Source of the DNA: Monocercomonoides exilis PA203 | Taxonomy: Eukaryota > Protista > Preaxostyla | NCBI GenBank assembly: GCA_001643675.2 | Contig: LSRY02000044.1 | Coordinates: forward strand, 620,001 to 684,000 | DNA: 64,000 nucleotides | Direction of reading: 5' to 3' | Shown: piece after piece, positions 26,101 through 38,820 of the stretch | Layout: each line of letters opens with the position of its first letter | Position numbering within the stretch: the stretch's first letter is position 1 | Translations under genes and position numbers: made by a program | The notes under the pieces: model-generated | Seen by the model: the letters and a program-made list of their open reading frames with translations, nothing else | Told to the model about the DNA's origin: nothing | Database searches by the model: none

Positions 26101-26350
26101 TATATCCTCTTCTTCTTCATCTGCTGTTGAAAAAGAAAAAGAAAAAGAAGGAGAAAGAAAAGAAGAAGAAGATGACAACGATGATGATGAGAGCTCAGAT
26201 GACTCGTCCTGCCCTCCTCTTCCTCTCCCTCCTCCTCCCCCGCCTCCTCAACTCGATCCATTTGAAGACGATCTTCTGATGTTTGAGGACGATGAAGATG
26301 ATAAAGACGAATATGTCGATTATGACACTGAGCAAAATAACACTGCTTGA
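11117..26350 (+). CDS. Giant (5077 aa) USP/peptidase-C19-like protein, probably catalytically inactive, with extensive Ser/Glu low-complexity inserts
   Basis: A single 15.2-kb ORF with dispersed USP boxes in the right order: CVKDTNLRFYLFSLL (degenerate Cys box), FFGSFLEETRCLNGHVK...F.SICVE...SLEAAL...CEEC, LPNTLVIFLDR, FSFP...LDMHPY, YKYQLVGIV, YISIV...QWFCYSDGTIT...CFG, ACMLIYER. It is followed by IERD..NRTF...LFDPAFLYFV, reminiscent of USP9X/24/34. Confidence 0.72.
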
Positions 26351-26824
26351 TTCAGATTTATTTCTTTTCCTTTTTCTTTTTTTTCCTTTTTTTTTAATTG
26401 CTCCAATTTGAGGCGGGCCGTTTTCTTTCATTTTTTTATTGAAAAGTAATTTTTTATCATTCATTCAATTGATAATTTGATGATTTAATAGGATATTTTT
26501 AAGTTTATTCTTCAAAGGTTTTATGAAGGAATCTTTTATTTTCGGATTAATTTTCTGATACTTAACGTTCGAAGATTTTATTAATGTTCTCTGATGTTAA
26601 TTTTTTTTTTTTTGGAATGAATGTAATTTAAAAACATTATTTTATTTATTTTAGAAATTTATTATCAAATTTCGTTTGATTCATAAAAACAATTGTAATT
26701 GCACTATCTTCATATCATTTTTTGAATTTATTTTTTATTATCATTTTGGCTTCGTTGTTCAAAATTTCACTATTGATAAAGAGAATTCATTTTTTTAAAA
26801 TTTTTGAAACGCCCATAATATCAC

Positions 26825-29800
26825 ATGGTTCTGACTAAAATTAAAATTGAAGGTGGACAACAAAAAATTGTACTTATTAAAGGTGATGCGACACTCGGAA
26901 GTCATAAGAGCCTCATTTGCCAAAAATTAGGAATTGCAGATCTAGATGGTTATCAAATTTATACTGAAAAAGAAGATGGAGAGCCAGACAAACTCCTTTC
27001 TTGGGAATCCGACTCTCTTGACTCATTAGGCATTACAAAATCTGGAAGTAAATTTGTGCTTGTCCGACAAGATACAAAAGGTTTTGATTATTTCAGTTTT
27101 GCAATTATTTGAAATAATTCGAAAAACTCTATTAATATTAAAGTTTTGTCCTCAACAATACTTGATAACGATCCACAAACGCAACAGAAGCAGCAAGAAA
27201 AGACAAATCATATTGATAATGCACATGACAATTCATCCGATAACTCACCAAAAATTTCTCAAGAAATTGTTCATCCATCTTCGTCGGTTTCTGGAACCAA
27301 AGAAATTGAAACATCTCCATTTGCTTCTGTCTCAGGTTCTGTTAAGCAAAAATTGAATCAACAGCAAGAATCAAATTCGAATCCTCTCGAAAATGAACAA
27401 GAATTAATTCGGCAACTTTCTCCTTCAATTAATTTATCTCAAGCAACGCCTTCTCAAAAAGGAGTGCATGATGATTTTTCTGGATCCATAAACTCAAATT
27501 TAACTGGTATTGTTAATGAAGAGAATCAGCATATTCATGAAACCAAACAGCCTTGTGAATTAAAAAACTCAGAGTTGAACATAACAAATGAAAAATTACC
27601 CGCAACCTCTTCAAGTGCAATTATTTCTTCTTCTAGTAATAGCAAAACAGCACAAGAATACTATATTTCTGCTTTTGAAGCACCTCCAAGCGAAAAAGAT
27701 GGATTTCAATCGGCGAAATTGGTTCATTATCAAGATATGTCAAACTCAACGATAACATCTGGAACACAAAACATTTCACCAATCAAACAAAGCGACAAAA
27801 AACAGGAGAATTTTACAAATACAAGCGTGTATGCGAGCATGCCAATGAGTCCAACTTCTGTTTCTGAACTGCCAAGGGAATTTCAGCCGATATCTCCAAC
27901 ATCAAGAGCGAAATTATCTTTCTCTCCTTCACAGCTTGCTGTTTCTTCTTCTCCAAAGCCAAAAGAAAAGGTATCTTTAAATGAAAGAAATTCTTCTGGT
28001 CCCTCAACTCATGTCTCATTAACTCCAAACCAGCATTCCTCTTCTTTTTCTGTTTCTCATCAAAAATCTGATAATTTTGCTCAATCAACATCTTCTTCAC
28101 TTCCCAAATCAAATTCATTTCCTTCTGTAGAAATACCTTCTTCTATTGCACCGTCTCTTCCAACTCTTCCCACTTCACCTTCTTCGGAAACAAATAACTT
28201 TCAACATCAAAAGCGCAAAGGTGTTCTTGAGATGCAGCATCCTTCAGACATATCGGCACAACCTCTTCAGTTCAATCCTCTCGTTCAAAATCCTTCTCGG
28301 AATGAAGGCAACTCTTCATTGATTACTCGGCAGAAGCCAGACGAAGGACAAAACTGCAAGCTCAAAAGCGAAAATGCCTCAATTACGCCAACTTCATCAT
28401 CCTCTCCTTCTTCATCAACTTCATCAACTTCAATTGATTACTCAGTTGCTCAAAACACTTCATTGAACATTTCACCATCTTCCTCAAAATCAGCTTGCAC
28501 AAATGTTGAATCGAATGAAACGACGGTGAAGAAAAAGAAAAAGAAAAAGAAAAAGAAAATTGAATCCAACAAAAATCAGTCAGATATGATCTTGGAAGTA
28601 TCTGGCTTGCGCTCAAATATTCAATCAATTTCATCTGCTTCAACTAATAGCACCGTACAAACTGACAATAACTTCACGAAAAGCGTATGCAAAGCAGAGA
28701 ATGCAACTGAGCAAGCACTGCCATCTGTTTTTTCTTTTGACTTTGCGTCTTTGATGTCGTCTGTTCTGCCTTCTGAAGAATCCGCATCTGCTTCTCACAT
28801 TCGAAGTATTGGAAAGGAAAGGATATCTCATTCTCGATCAGGTCATTCAGAAGGAACATCCTTGAGAGAGAGTCAAATGGCAGAGAAGGTATTTGAGGAG
28901 AGGTCAATTGGGAAAAGCAGCAGGAAAACGAAAGATCGAGAATCGTCAGCCGATCTATGTGCAGAACTGCATGAAAAGAAGAAGGAAACTTCTGCGAATG
29001 AACGAGATGCAGGCTTTTGTGGCAGGCATAAAATTAAAGAAAACGCAAAAAGAAAACGAAAGCAACGTGTTCATTCATTTTCTCCTTCCCCTTTGAATTC
29101 TCATTCTCATTTTCATCGACATTCATCCAGATCAACTTCTTCTTCCTCAATTAATTCAAGCGTTCAAGATGATTTTCTGTCAGAAGTGACTTCCTCTGAT
29201 TCAGCAACGGCCAATTCGAGACAACTTGCAGCAGAGATTCGCCAGTTGAAAACTGAGAAACGGAAAATGAAGGAAAAAGAGGCAGCTTTGCTGAAACAAC
29301 TCAAAGAAATGGAGAACACTCAGGAAAAAATGGAGAAGGAGATTGAATATCTGAAGGAGAAAGAGCGGACAAGCTCAGCAGCCATGGAAAAGTTTGTGGA
29401 AGAGATGAATGCAGAAAAGAGACGGATGAAAGCGAAGGAGGCAAAAATGAGAGAGACTCAATCTGCTCTGTCACGAACACTGCTAAAAATGCTATCGAAA
29501 CAAATACAAAAAATAAAGTCAGAACAGGAAAGGGACAAATTTAGTTCTTCGTCTGAGAAAGAATTCGTGAATTCACTTATTACCACAAATTCCACTCAAC
29601 AGACTATTCCATCTCCCGAAAGTTCAGAAAAAAATCTAAACAGGAGTGATAGAAAAGAAGATGTTTTAGATGACTGCAGTGTTGATAATCTGGAATCCAC
29701 ATCTTCAATCAACCATTCTTTTTTGCCCAAGGCGGAAAGAGTGGATGATTTTGACTGTGAAGAAAAGCACACGAGCCAAAACAGCTTTTTTCAGAAAAGC

Positions 29801-30985
29801 TCTATTTGTGCTCCATTGACATCTCCTTTATTTTCATTTCAAGGGCACAATCCTTCTGTCGATATATCAGCTAAATTTCTATCTGATCAAAAACTTCCCT
29901 TTTCAGCAGCTAATTCTTCTTCTCTTTCTTCCAGCTCACAAATTCATTCATCTCCATTACAAAGCAATGGTTCGTTTTCAAGCTCATTCCCTCAGCTTTT
30001 TTCAGGTGCACTTCACACACCAACAAAGATGGATGCTCCATTAACTCTTCCTCTTTTGAGACACGCTCCGCATTTATCTCCATTTCCTCATTCCACATTG
30101 CCTTTCCTATCTTCAAGCGAATCATCTTCAAAGAAATGCACATCTCCTGCAGGTGGACCTTTCATTGCAAACTCTCATTCGATTGCTTCTCTGAATTCAA
30201 ATCAAATGAGATGCGAGGCTTCGCAAAGAGATCAACAATGTTTTTCAAGTGTTGAACAAAAATGCTTGGATGATAGTATTTCCAATGTTATGCCTTTGAA
30301 CTCTCCTTCTTTTCACGACACTTTCACTCGACTTATTTCGAAGTTGGAAACTGCCACGCCTGTTTCTTCACCGCTTCGTCAGCCACTTTCACAGATTTTG
30401 TCGCTATTAGCCTCTTCAAAGAGAGGAAAAACGGATTGTAATTCGACATTTTCAACCAATAAGTTAGACAGTTCTTTGGAGATTGACGGACCACAACAAA
30501 AATATGATTTTTCTTCAAATCTCTCTGATCCGCCTGAAGATCAAACTAATGAACAAGAAATAATTCATCATAATTCGAGTCAGCAAAATGAGTTTCCTGT
30601 TCTGCAACAGAACGTGAAATGCCCATGCAATTCACAAACTTCCACCTTAACTTCTTCTTCCTCTTCGCTATCATCGTTACCATTTCAAAGACCGTATATA
30701 CCAAATGATGATATCGTTTCCCAATGTATCCAACCTGTGAAAGAAATTAGAATGCAAAATACAGATCATTCAAAATATCAACTCAACTCTCAAACAGCAC
30801 TTGGTACTTCATCTTTATCACACAAAACAAGCAACAGAGTTTTGGATCAAGAAAACCCTTCAGATAAAGAAGCTGTAAATAATTCATTTTTCCTTAAAGC
30901 ACCTCCTTTGCCTCCATCAATTGCGGAGCAGTTTCAACCAGAAGGCATCCTCAAATTCCCATTACTTCAAAGCATTTCGAAATAA
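26825..30985 (+). CDS. Protein with N-terminal ubiquitin-like (RA/FERM-F0-like) domain, Ser-rich body and central coiled coil (2 exons)
   Basis: Exon 1 (26825-27080) is an ~85-aa beta-grasp-like pattern (KIKIE..KIVLIK..TL...K.LIC.KLGI....YQIY...LL...SL..LGI..G.KFVLV). Intron 27081-27143 (GT..AG, phase 1) joins it to the 27146-30985 ORF. The fold call is tentative. Confidence 0.7.
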
Positions 30986-31889
30986 TAATTCGGCTTGAAC
31001 ACTTTAATTGTCCTGTTTAAAAATCGACTTTATAATGGAGCTGAATATTTACTTTAAAGTTTTATTTGTGAAAAGTCAAGAACAAAAAAAGAAGAACGAA
31101 TTTATTGCTTGTATTTTTTCTTTTGCTTGTTTTTTCTGCTTCAAAAAAATAAATGAACAAAAAAGAAAAGCGACAAAAACACGCTTCCTGACATGCTCAG
31201 CTGTGCATCTTCTTCCTCGTTGCAGATGCTTTTCTTTCTTTTCCATTTTTCTGAAGGAGTTCGCATCAAAAAACACGAAAAAAGCTGCTCTTTCTGCACC
31301 GCTGCATGTGCGCCTTTTGGAAAGGCTCCTTCTGTTCAGAAGGGCCAGGGATGAGTAAAAACATAAAATACGACCAAACACGCCAATATCGGCCAAAAGC
31401 ACTGCCCAACATCCCTATGCAATTGATAAATCGAAATATAGGAATCAAAAAAAGACTCATTCTTCCAGCTCGGTTTGCGAGGCACAAGGCTTCAAATCCT
31501 TTCAGATGAATAAAACTCGCAAAAGCGCTGCCAATAAGCAAACATTTGCCATTTCATAAGCTGCATTGCACTTGCACTGCAATTCTCCTCCATTGCGCTG
31601 TTTCCCCCATCTTCATCCAAATTGAAGTCATTTCTTGATTTCGTTTGAACAATTATCTTTCCCTCTGTTTTCCTCAAAACAATGAAAAATAACAATCCTG
31701 CCTGGAATGCAGCATTCATCTTTTATTCCTCCCTCTAATCAACTGAACTCTTGCTCCTCCATATTTGCCTCGATATTCGCGTTTTAAATGATGAACAGCC
31801 CATAAGGGCAATCATGAGGATCCACATTCGCATAATAACCAAAAAAAGATCGCGAAAACAAAAATCGAGGAATTGACGCTGATACAGCG

Positions 31890-34800
31890 ATGAGCATCAT
31901 AGCATTGGGTATTGCGGCGCTAGCAGCGGAATTGTGCTTGCAGGAAGGAGGTGTTGGCGCATGGGGAGAGGAGTGGAAGAGGGCAAAGAGAGGGAAAAGA
32001 CTGAAATGATTACTGCAGGAGCACACAAGGGGGTGAGCACAATTATTAATAAACAGAAAGTGAACAATATATATGTGGATGCGAGGGCAGGAAGAGAAAA
32101 TGAAGAAGAAAATGAAAAAACGAATGGATTGAAAGATTTGAATGAAGAAAAGCCCAATGAAGAGAAAGAAACTGACGGAAATGAAAATGGAAGAAAACGC
32201 GAGATAAATAATAACTCGGCATATGCAACCAGAGGAAGTGGCAGAAATGGTGTATTTGGGGCAGAAGGGAGCGAAATAGAAGGATGCTGGAGATTGAAGA
32301 ATTCTTCGGCAACATGGAGTGGATTGGGGCTGCAAACGAGCGGGAACAGAAATGTTATTTGGGCTGAAAAGGGGAGCAAGGTGGTGATTTGCGGGTGCTT
32401 TGTTGCTGTGCTCGATGAGATTTCGCCATTTTATTTTGATGGGAGCTGTGGATTGTTCACCAACATTTCCCTCAGATCATCTTCAACCTCAACTTCAGCC
32501 TCGACTGAACAGATATTCCCTCCACTTTTCTCTTCAAAAGCCATGGAAGCAGAGATTTCAGAGAAATGCCATGTTTCTGTTTGTTCTTCTCATTTCTCAT
32601 CTTTTTGTGTGTCTTCAGCCCCATTCATTTCATCGCATTTTGTTTCTCTTTCCCAATTAGAATTCTTCAACATCTCCACAAATCCATCGAAAACAACACA
32701 TCTGGGTGAAGGGCTGAGCCAAACATCATTTCTGATGAGTGGGTGCGAGTTTGTGTCGGTGTGGGATGTGTATGATGGGGGCATTGTCCCCTCGCTCAAC
32801 AGCCCCTCGTCATCCTTGGCTGCCTCAAACACCTCATTTGTCGGGTGCTATCGCTCTCAGAATGTCGCAATCAGCGGGAGTGAAGGGAATCCATCGAAAC
32901 CAGGGAGACAGCAGATAGCAGACAATGGGGCGAATTCATTCACTTGGTGTGTGTGGAATGGGTCAAATACAACTGGGTCAAGTGGTTCTTATTCAGATGG
33001 AGCTTCAAATGGTGGAGCAATTTACATGTATAGCAAGACATCAGGAACACTTTCTGTGAAATTTTGTTCGTTCAACGACTGCTATGCGCATTGGTGTGGT
33101 GGAGGAATTATGTGCTATATAATCAATTCAGTCAAGATTGAGAACAATTCGTTCAATGCATGCACTGCTCAAACAGATTATGGAGGAGGGATGTATGCCA
33201 GGTCTATTTCGTCATGCGTCAGGATCAGTGGGTGCGAGTTCCAGAAATGCAAAGCAAGTGGTTATGGAGGAGGACTTTATCTTGAATCTTTTCAGGTTTC
33301 TAGTTCTGGCTGTATTGGAACAGAAAGTGGAAAAGGTGAGAGCGCTTGTGTGTTTGAGTGTTTCTTCACTTCATGTTCTCTAACAAGTCAATATGGCGGA
33401 GGGTTGAGTTGTATTACTGTTCCAGCTGCATTCAAAATGCGGAGACTCCAATTTATTTCGTGCTCAGCAGTTTCATATGGTGGAGGTTTGTATTTTGATC
33501 CAAGTCGATCAACAGCTCCAAGCAACAATCATTATTGCTATTTCTTCTTCTTCCACGATTGCAGATGCACAACCACTTCCACTCCATATGGCCACGATGT
33601 GTATTTTGAAGATCGATACAATCTCTTCTCATCGAACAATCCGTTCTACGAATCGTACATAACTAATACGGATGAAAAGAGAGTGTACTACCAATATTAT
33701 AACGGAAACAATTGGGTATATCAGGAAACACAAAAGAAGGAATGGCTGAAGGAATGGATGAAGGATCGGTTTGTTGGGGTGGGTGGAAGTGACACGAGCA
33801 ATCTGTGTGGAATGAGCGAGGCAACGCCTTGCAAGACAGTGGGGCATGCAGTGGAGTCGAGCATGGCACAGCTGAGCTCGACAATCACGTTGCTGGATGG
33901 AAGGCATGTGAGCGAAGGGGCGACGATCAGTGTTGGGGAAAAGAAGATTTCCGTTGTTGGGAGAGGGAAGACAGTGAGTGTGATTGGGACGAGTGCACTT
34001 TCTACCTCTTCGACAATGCTGTTCAGCATATCATCTGGCCAACTGGAGGTGGGGCATATGGGGATCGATCACAACGCGACAAGAAGCTCATCGCCGAGTG
34101 TGTTTGTGGTGTCACTGGGGAGCGGGGCTCTTTCGCTGGAGGATGTGGCGATCGACTCTTCGACATCAGGTGGGAGTGGAATCTCGTCATCTGTGTTTGA
34201 AGTGGCACTGAGGCAGCTGAAGATGATTGATGTGGAGATAAAAAATATAAAAATGAGTCAGCCACTATTTGCAGAACCATCATCAGCAGGATCGTCAACT
34301 GGAGAGAGTTTGCTTGGGAATGTGACAATTCGGAATGTGAATCGGACAACAGGGGATGGAGTTGTGATTGCAAAAAGTGTGAAGTCAGAGGAGACATTTA
34401 TAATGAGCAACGCAACGGTTGAAGATTGTGTGTGCGAAAAAGGGAACGGAGGAGGGATAAAGGTTGAGTTGGAGGGAGTATCGAGCAAGGTTGTTATTGG
34501 AGATTCAACATCGCTCAGTGGAGGGACAACAACATTTAATCAGTGCAAGTGCAGTGGATGTGGAGGAGGAATGTTTCTTTCTCTGGGAGATGCAGATGCT
34601 ATGTTTGAGTTATCAGAAACACTTGTATTTGATGGAAATGAGGCAGAATTTGGAAAGAACATGTTCATTTTGGGAAAGGATTTTAATTCTTCTGTGACAA
34701 ATGACTCATTCAAGTTTGATTACTCATCAATGAAGGATGACAAAACTTTGTTTGTTGGAAGTGATGATTTTCATTCAAACAAAGATTTGTTCATGTTTCT

Positions 34801-37800
34801 GATTCCATACAGCTCATTTGAAATATTTATCTCATCTGAAGGATTTGATGTTGCACGTTGTGGAAGTGAAGAAGAGCCATGCTTCACAATGTGGAAAGGG
34901 ATGGAAAACATGGAAAGGGGGAATGGAAATAAAACAATTCAAATTGAAGGATCGACAATTATTCAAGATTCATTCTATGTTTCCAATTATCGGATCAAAA
35001 AGAGTGTGAAGATGGGAGAGGAAGATACAAAAGCAATATTGAGTTTTGAAAAGGCAACTGATAGTCAACTGGAATATTTCATGGTGAATGATATTCACCT
35101 TGAATTGTCCAACATCCAACTGCAATTGTCAACTGGATTTGACAACTCAGCCAAAACGATTATTACCAACAAAAATGGAGAATTGGTGATAAGTGAATGT
35201 TCATTCCATTCAGAAGCAGGAATGAACAATGGATTTGATTGTGTGTTTGTGGATGTGATTGGAGGCAGTGTGGAAGTGAATGATTTGTCGATTGAATCGT
35301 GCAATGTTGGAAACAGTATTTTTGTCGTTCACGATTCTGGAGTTTCTTGCCATTTTGTGAATGTTCGAGTGGAATCGTTGAATGAAAGTGGAGGATGTCT
35401 TCTTCTGATCAAAGGAACTGAATTAACAACAAAGATAAATGAAGTGAGTGAGGAAATGAGTCTCAACATTGATAATTCATCATTTTCAGGAGTGAAGAGA
35501 AGCGACAATGGGCCAAGTATTTTGGAGTCAAAGAGTGAGAACAAGATTTGTTTGGTTGTGAATTCGAGCAACATCACAGAAGACAAAGCAGAATTGAGTG
35601 AAAAAGGAGGAGCAATATTCTTCACATTGGGTGCATCTGGATCGATGAAGATGATTGACTCAACAATCAGTCAATGCAGCTGCAGTCTCAGTTCAGGGAG
35701 AGGAGGAGGAGTGTATCTGGCAACAAAGGAAAGAGGGGAATTGAATTTCACATTTGTTGGAATGAAATTCAGTTCAAATACAGCAAGAGTGGGGAATGAC
35801 ATTTTCATTGAATGCTTCAACATCACCTCACAAATCAATGAAAGTCAATTTCAGTTTGATCTTCGAGAAGGCAACTACAATCGATTCAATGCGATATATG
35901 GAAGAGATCTCTGCGAATACACAAGCGATACGAATCTGATTGGATTTATTACGATCCATCAGAGTGACGCAATCATTGTTTGCAGTGTGAATGGATCGAA
36001 TGACAGACAATGTGGAACCAACACACTTCCATGTGATTCAATTGAGCATGGGCTGGTGCATCTGACATCTGAATATGTGAGTCTATTGTATATTGACGCT
36101 GAGAGTGTGATTGGAAGAGAAATAAATCTGGAGGAGATGAGTTTGAGTTCGAAGAGCAGAGAAATGTGTGAAGTTGAAGTGAAATCAGAGATTGAAAGAA
36201 TGAGAGAGACATTGGTAACAACAGCCGGAACAGTCTCGTTGTTGAGAGTGAATTTTGTATTTGATTCAAATTTCATCTCTTCACATGAATCATTGATATC
36301 TCCCGAAGGAGGAATTCTTGAGATAATAAATTGCTCATTTGACTCAAAACAATCGACTTCAGAAGGAAATGTAGAATATGCAAGCATTCCATTTCACATT
36401 ATCTTCATGGAAAAAGGAGAACTACAACTTGATGGATGCTCAATATCAAATCTCATTCTTCAAAAATCTGCATTATATCTTTCATCACCACTTCCATCAG
36501 TGATTTATTTGTTTGAGATCAGCAATTCAACAATAAAAACATCTCTGATAGATATAAATGAGTGCGGGCAATTGAAAATTGATAGACTGCTTGCTGAAAA
36601 TATCTCAGTTGAAGGAAATGAAGAATCATTGATATCTTGCTTGACAATGAAAAAGACGATGCAATTAACAAATTGCACAATTGGTGGAGTCAGTTCAAAC
36701 AAAGCAAAAGGCAAATTGATAAAAGTGGAGAATTGCACAGATGTGAAAATGGACAGTTGCATTTTCGATGGAAGTTTGTATGAAAAAATTGTGCAATATT
36801 TAAATTCAGGAGAAGAGATGTGCAGATGGGATGGATCTCTTGTGATGTTGTGAAGAGTTTTGTGATGATGAAAGACACAACAATCTCAAATTCATCAGAA
36901 GGTGGAATAACAATGAGTGGAGGGGAAATGACTGTTAATGATGGAAGATTTGAGAACAACAATCCTTTCATTGAAAAATATCCATCATTGAGAAGAAACA
37001 TCATCTGTTCTAATTCTGGAGCATTGAAAGTGATGAGTTTGAAAGGAGGAGATGGAGTTTTGCCAAATTCATCATTTTGGATGTTGAATGAAGGGTGCAG
37101 CTTTGAAGGGATTGCTTCAGAAAGGGATTCATCATTCTTTATTCCTGTGCTGGAGAGTGTGGAAGCAAAAGAAGAGACAGATAGAATGAAGCTGAAGTTC
37201 AAAGGGATGCTTCTTGTTCCATGCAATCTGTCATTCTCAGTTGTGAAGAGGAAGGGAGAAGAGAAAGAGATTGAAAAACATGATTTCGACAGAAATGGGT
37301 TTTTGTCAGAAAGAGAAGTTGATGGAAGTGTGACAAAGGATCTCATCAGTGGTTGTGAAAATGATGTTGAGGTGTGTGTGTGTATTTTGTTTGGGAATAC
37401 AGAATTTCCTTCATCAACAAATCCATTCGTTTTGAAGAATGCAAGTGAAGCAAAGGGAAATGGAAACGAAAGGATTGTTGAAGGAGGAAACAAGACAGTG
37501 CCTTATTGGATTATCATTGTTGTGGTATTTGCAGTTTTGTTTTTGATTGTTCTGATTGTGTCAATTGTTGTGACCATTCGATGGAGAAAGGCAAAAGAAG
37601 AAGCGAAAAAATACAAGGAGATTGTGAATGACAACATCAGAAAAGATCCGAAGCTGATTGAGATGGTGACGATGGAGATGTCACCAGAGGCGCAGTGGAG
37701 GAGAGAAAAAAAGAAGAATGAAGAGAATGCAAAGAAGAGAGTGTTTGTGAAGACGATGGCACACTCGGAATCTTCAGACTATTTGTTGGTTGAGAGTGGA

Positions 37801-38820
37801 TCTACTGAATATTTTCTTGGAAATGATTCGGACAAGATCCCAGAATGGGTGCTGGAGAAAGAAGAAGAAGAAGAGATGAGGAAGAGATCACCGTCACCAT
37901 CCATCTCACCCACAGACACAGAAACCACATTTGTTCGTGGGGAGGATCTTTGTCCAACCACCTCATCGATGTCGAATCTGGTGGATGCAATTGCTTGCTC
38001 ATCACCACATGAGAAGCTGATTGTGGACTTGAGGGATTCATTGTTCATGCTGCTGCATGGAAGGAATGAGAAGAAAGAGATGGCGATTGGCACTCTTCAG
38101 CAAAGAGAGCAAACAGCTGCCCAGATCCTGTTCTGGGTGGCTAATCTGGCGCTCCACTCGTTTGATGAAATGGAAGTTCCTCTTCAATCACTTATCAATT
38201 TGAGCCCGCACATTGTTCTCTTCTCAGAGCACATGGTTATTTGCATTGTGATGCACTCCGACTGCTCGTCAGATGATGAGTCAGATTCATCATCCATCTC
38301 TTCTTCAACCATTGTGACATCTGCCAGTGATGAAGATGATAGTGACTCTCTTCCCTCATCAGCGTTTGAGGATGAGCCCGACAACTGGAATGAGTGTTTG
38401 AGATGGAAGGCGCCAGAGCTGCAGATGAAGAGGAAGATGGGAGCAACCAAGGAGTCAGTGGCATTCTCGTTTGGGATGATGCTGTGGGAATGTTTGACAC
38501 TGGAGATTCCGTTTGGGGAGTGTGAGGCTGTGATTGCAGGAGACAAGATTGTTCGTGGGGAGAGGCCGAGGATGGGAGATGAGCAGTCGAGTCTTGAAGA
38601 GGTGGTGAAGGAATGCCTGTCAGCTGAGCCATCAGAAAGACCATCGCTGCCAAATCTTAAGAGAGAGTTTATTCAGCGTTTTCCAGCAGGTGCAGCGATG
38701 ATAACGATGTCAGATGCGATTGACGTGACTTCCTTGAGATCGAGCCAATACACAATCAACAAGAGCGGAAGAATCATCATTTTAGAAGCAAAGAGTGAAA
38801 GCACAAATGCTGAGGAATGA
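31890..38820 (+). pseudogene. Receptor-like protein: beta-helix (GGAIY/GGG repeat, pectin-lyase/PMP-like) ectodomain, TM helix and TKL-like pseudokinase; frameshifted
   Basis: ORFs 31934-36853 and 36820-38820 join by one frameshift near 36843. Repeats include SNGGAIY, YGGGMY, YGGGLY, KGGAIF and RGGGVY, plus CG....PC.T/S modules. TM: YWIIIVVVFAVLFLIVLIVSIVVTIRW. Kinase C-lobe: RWKAPE...FSFGMMLWECLT.EIPF...RP...CL...P.ERPS. A signal-peptide-like start MSIIALGIAALAAEL at 31890 is in another frame, so the 5' end is uncertain. The gene could be intact if the shifts are sequencing errors. Confidence 0.7.

Noticed and set aside
11779-26279. Dozens of short overlapping ORFs (poly-L, poly-H, poly-K, poly-M)
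   Set aside because: Alternative-frame or antisense readings of Ser/Glu microsatellite codons inside the 5077-aa ORF; the same applies to 48398-56932.
31008-31880. Cluster of short ORFs on both strands upstream of the receptor gene
   Set aside because: No recognisable motifs or consistent splice model.
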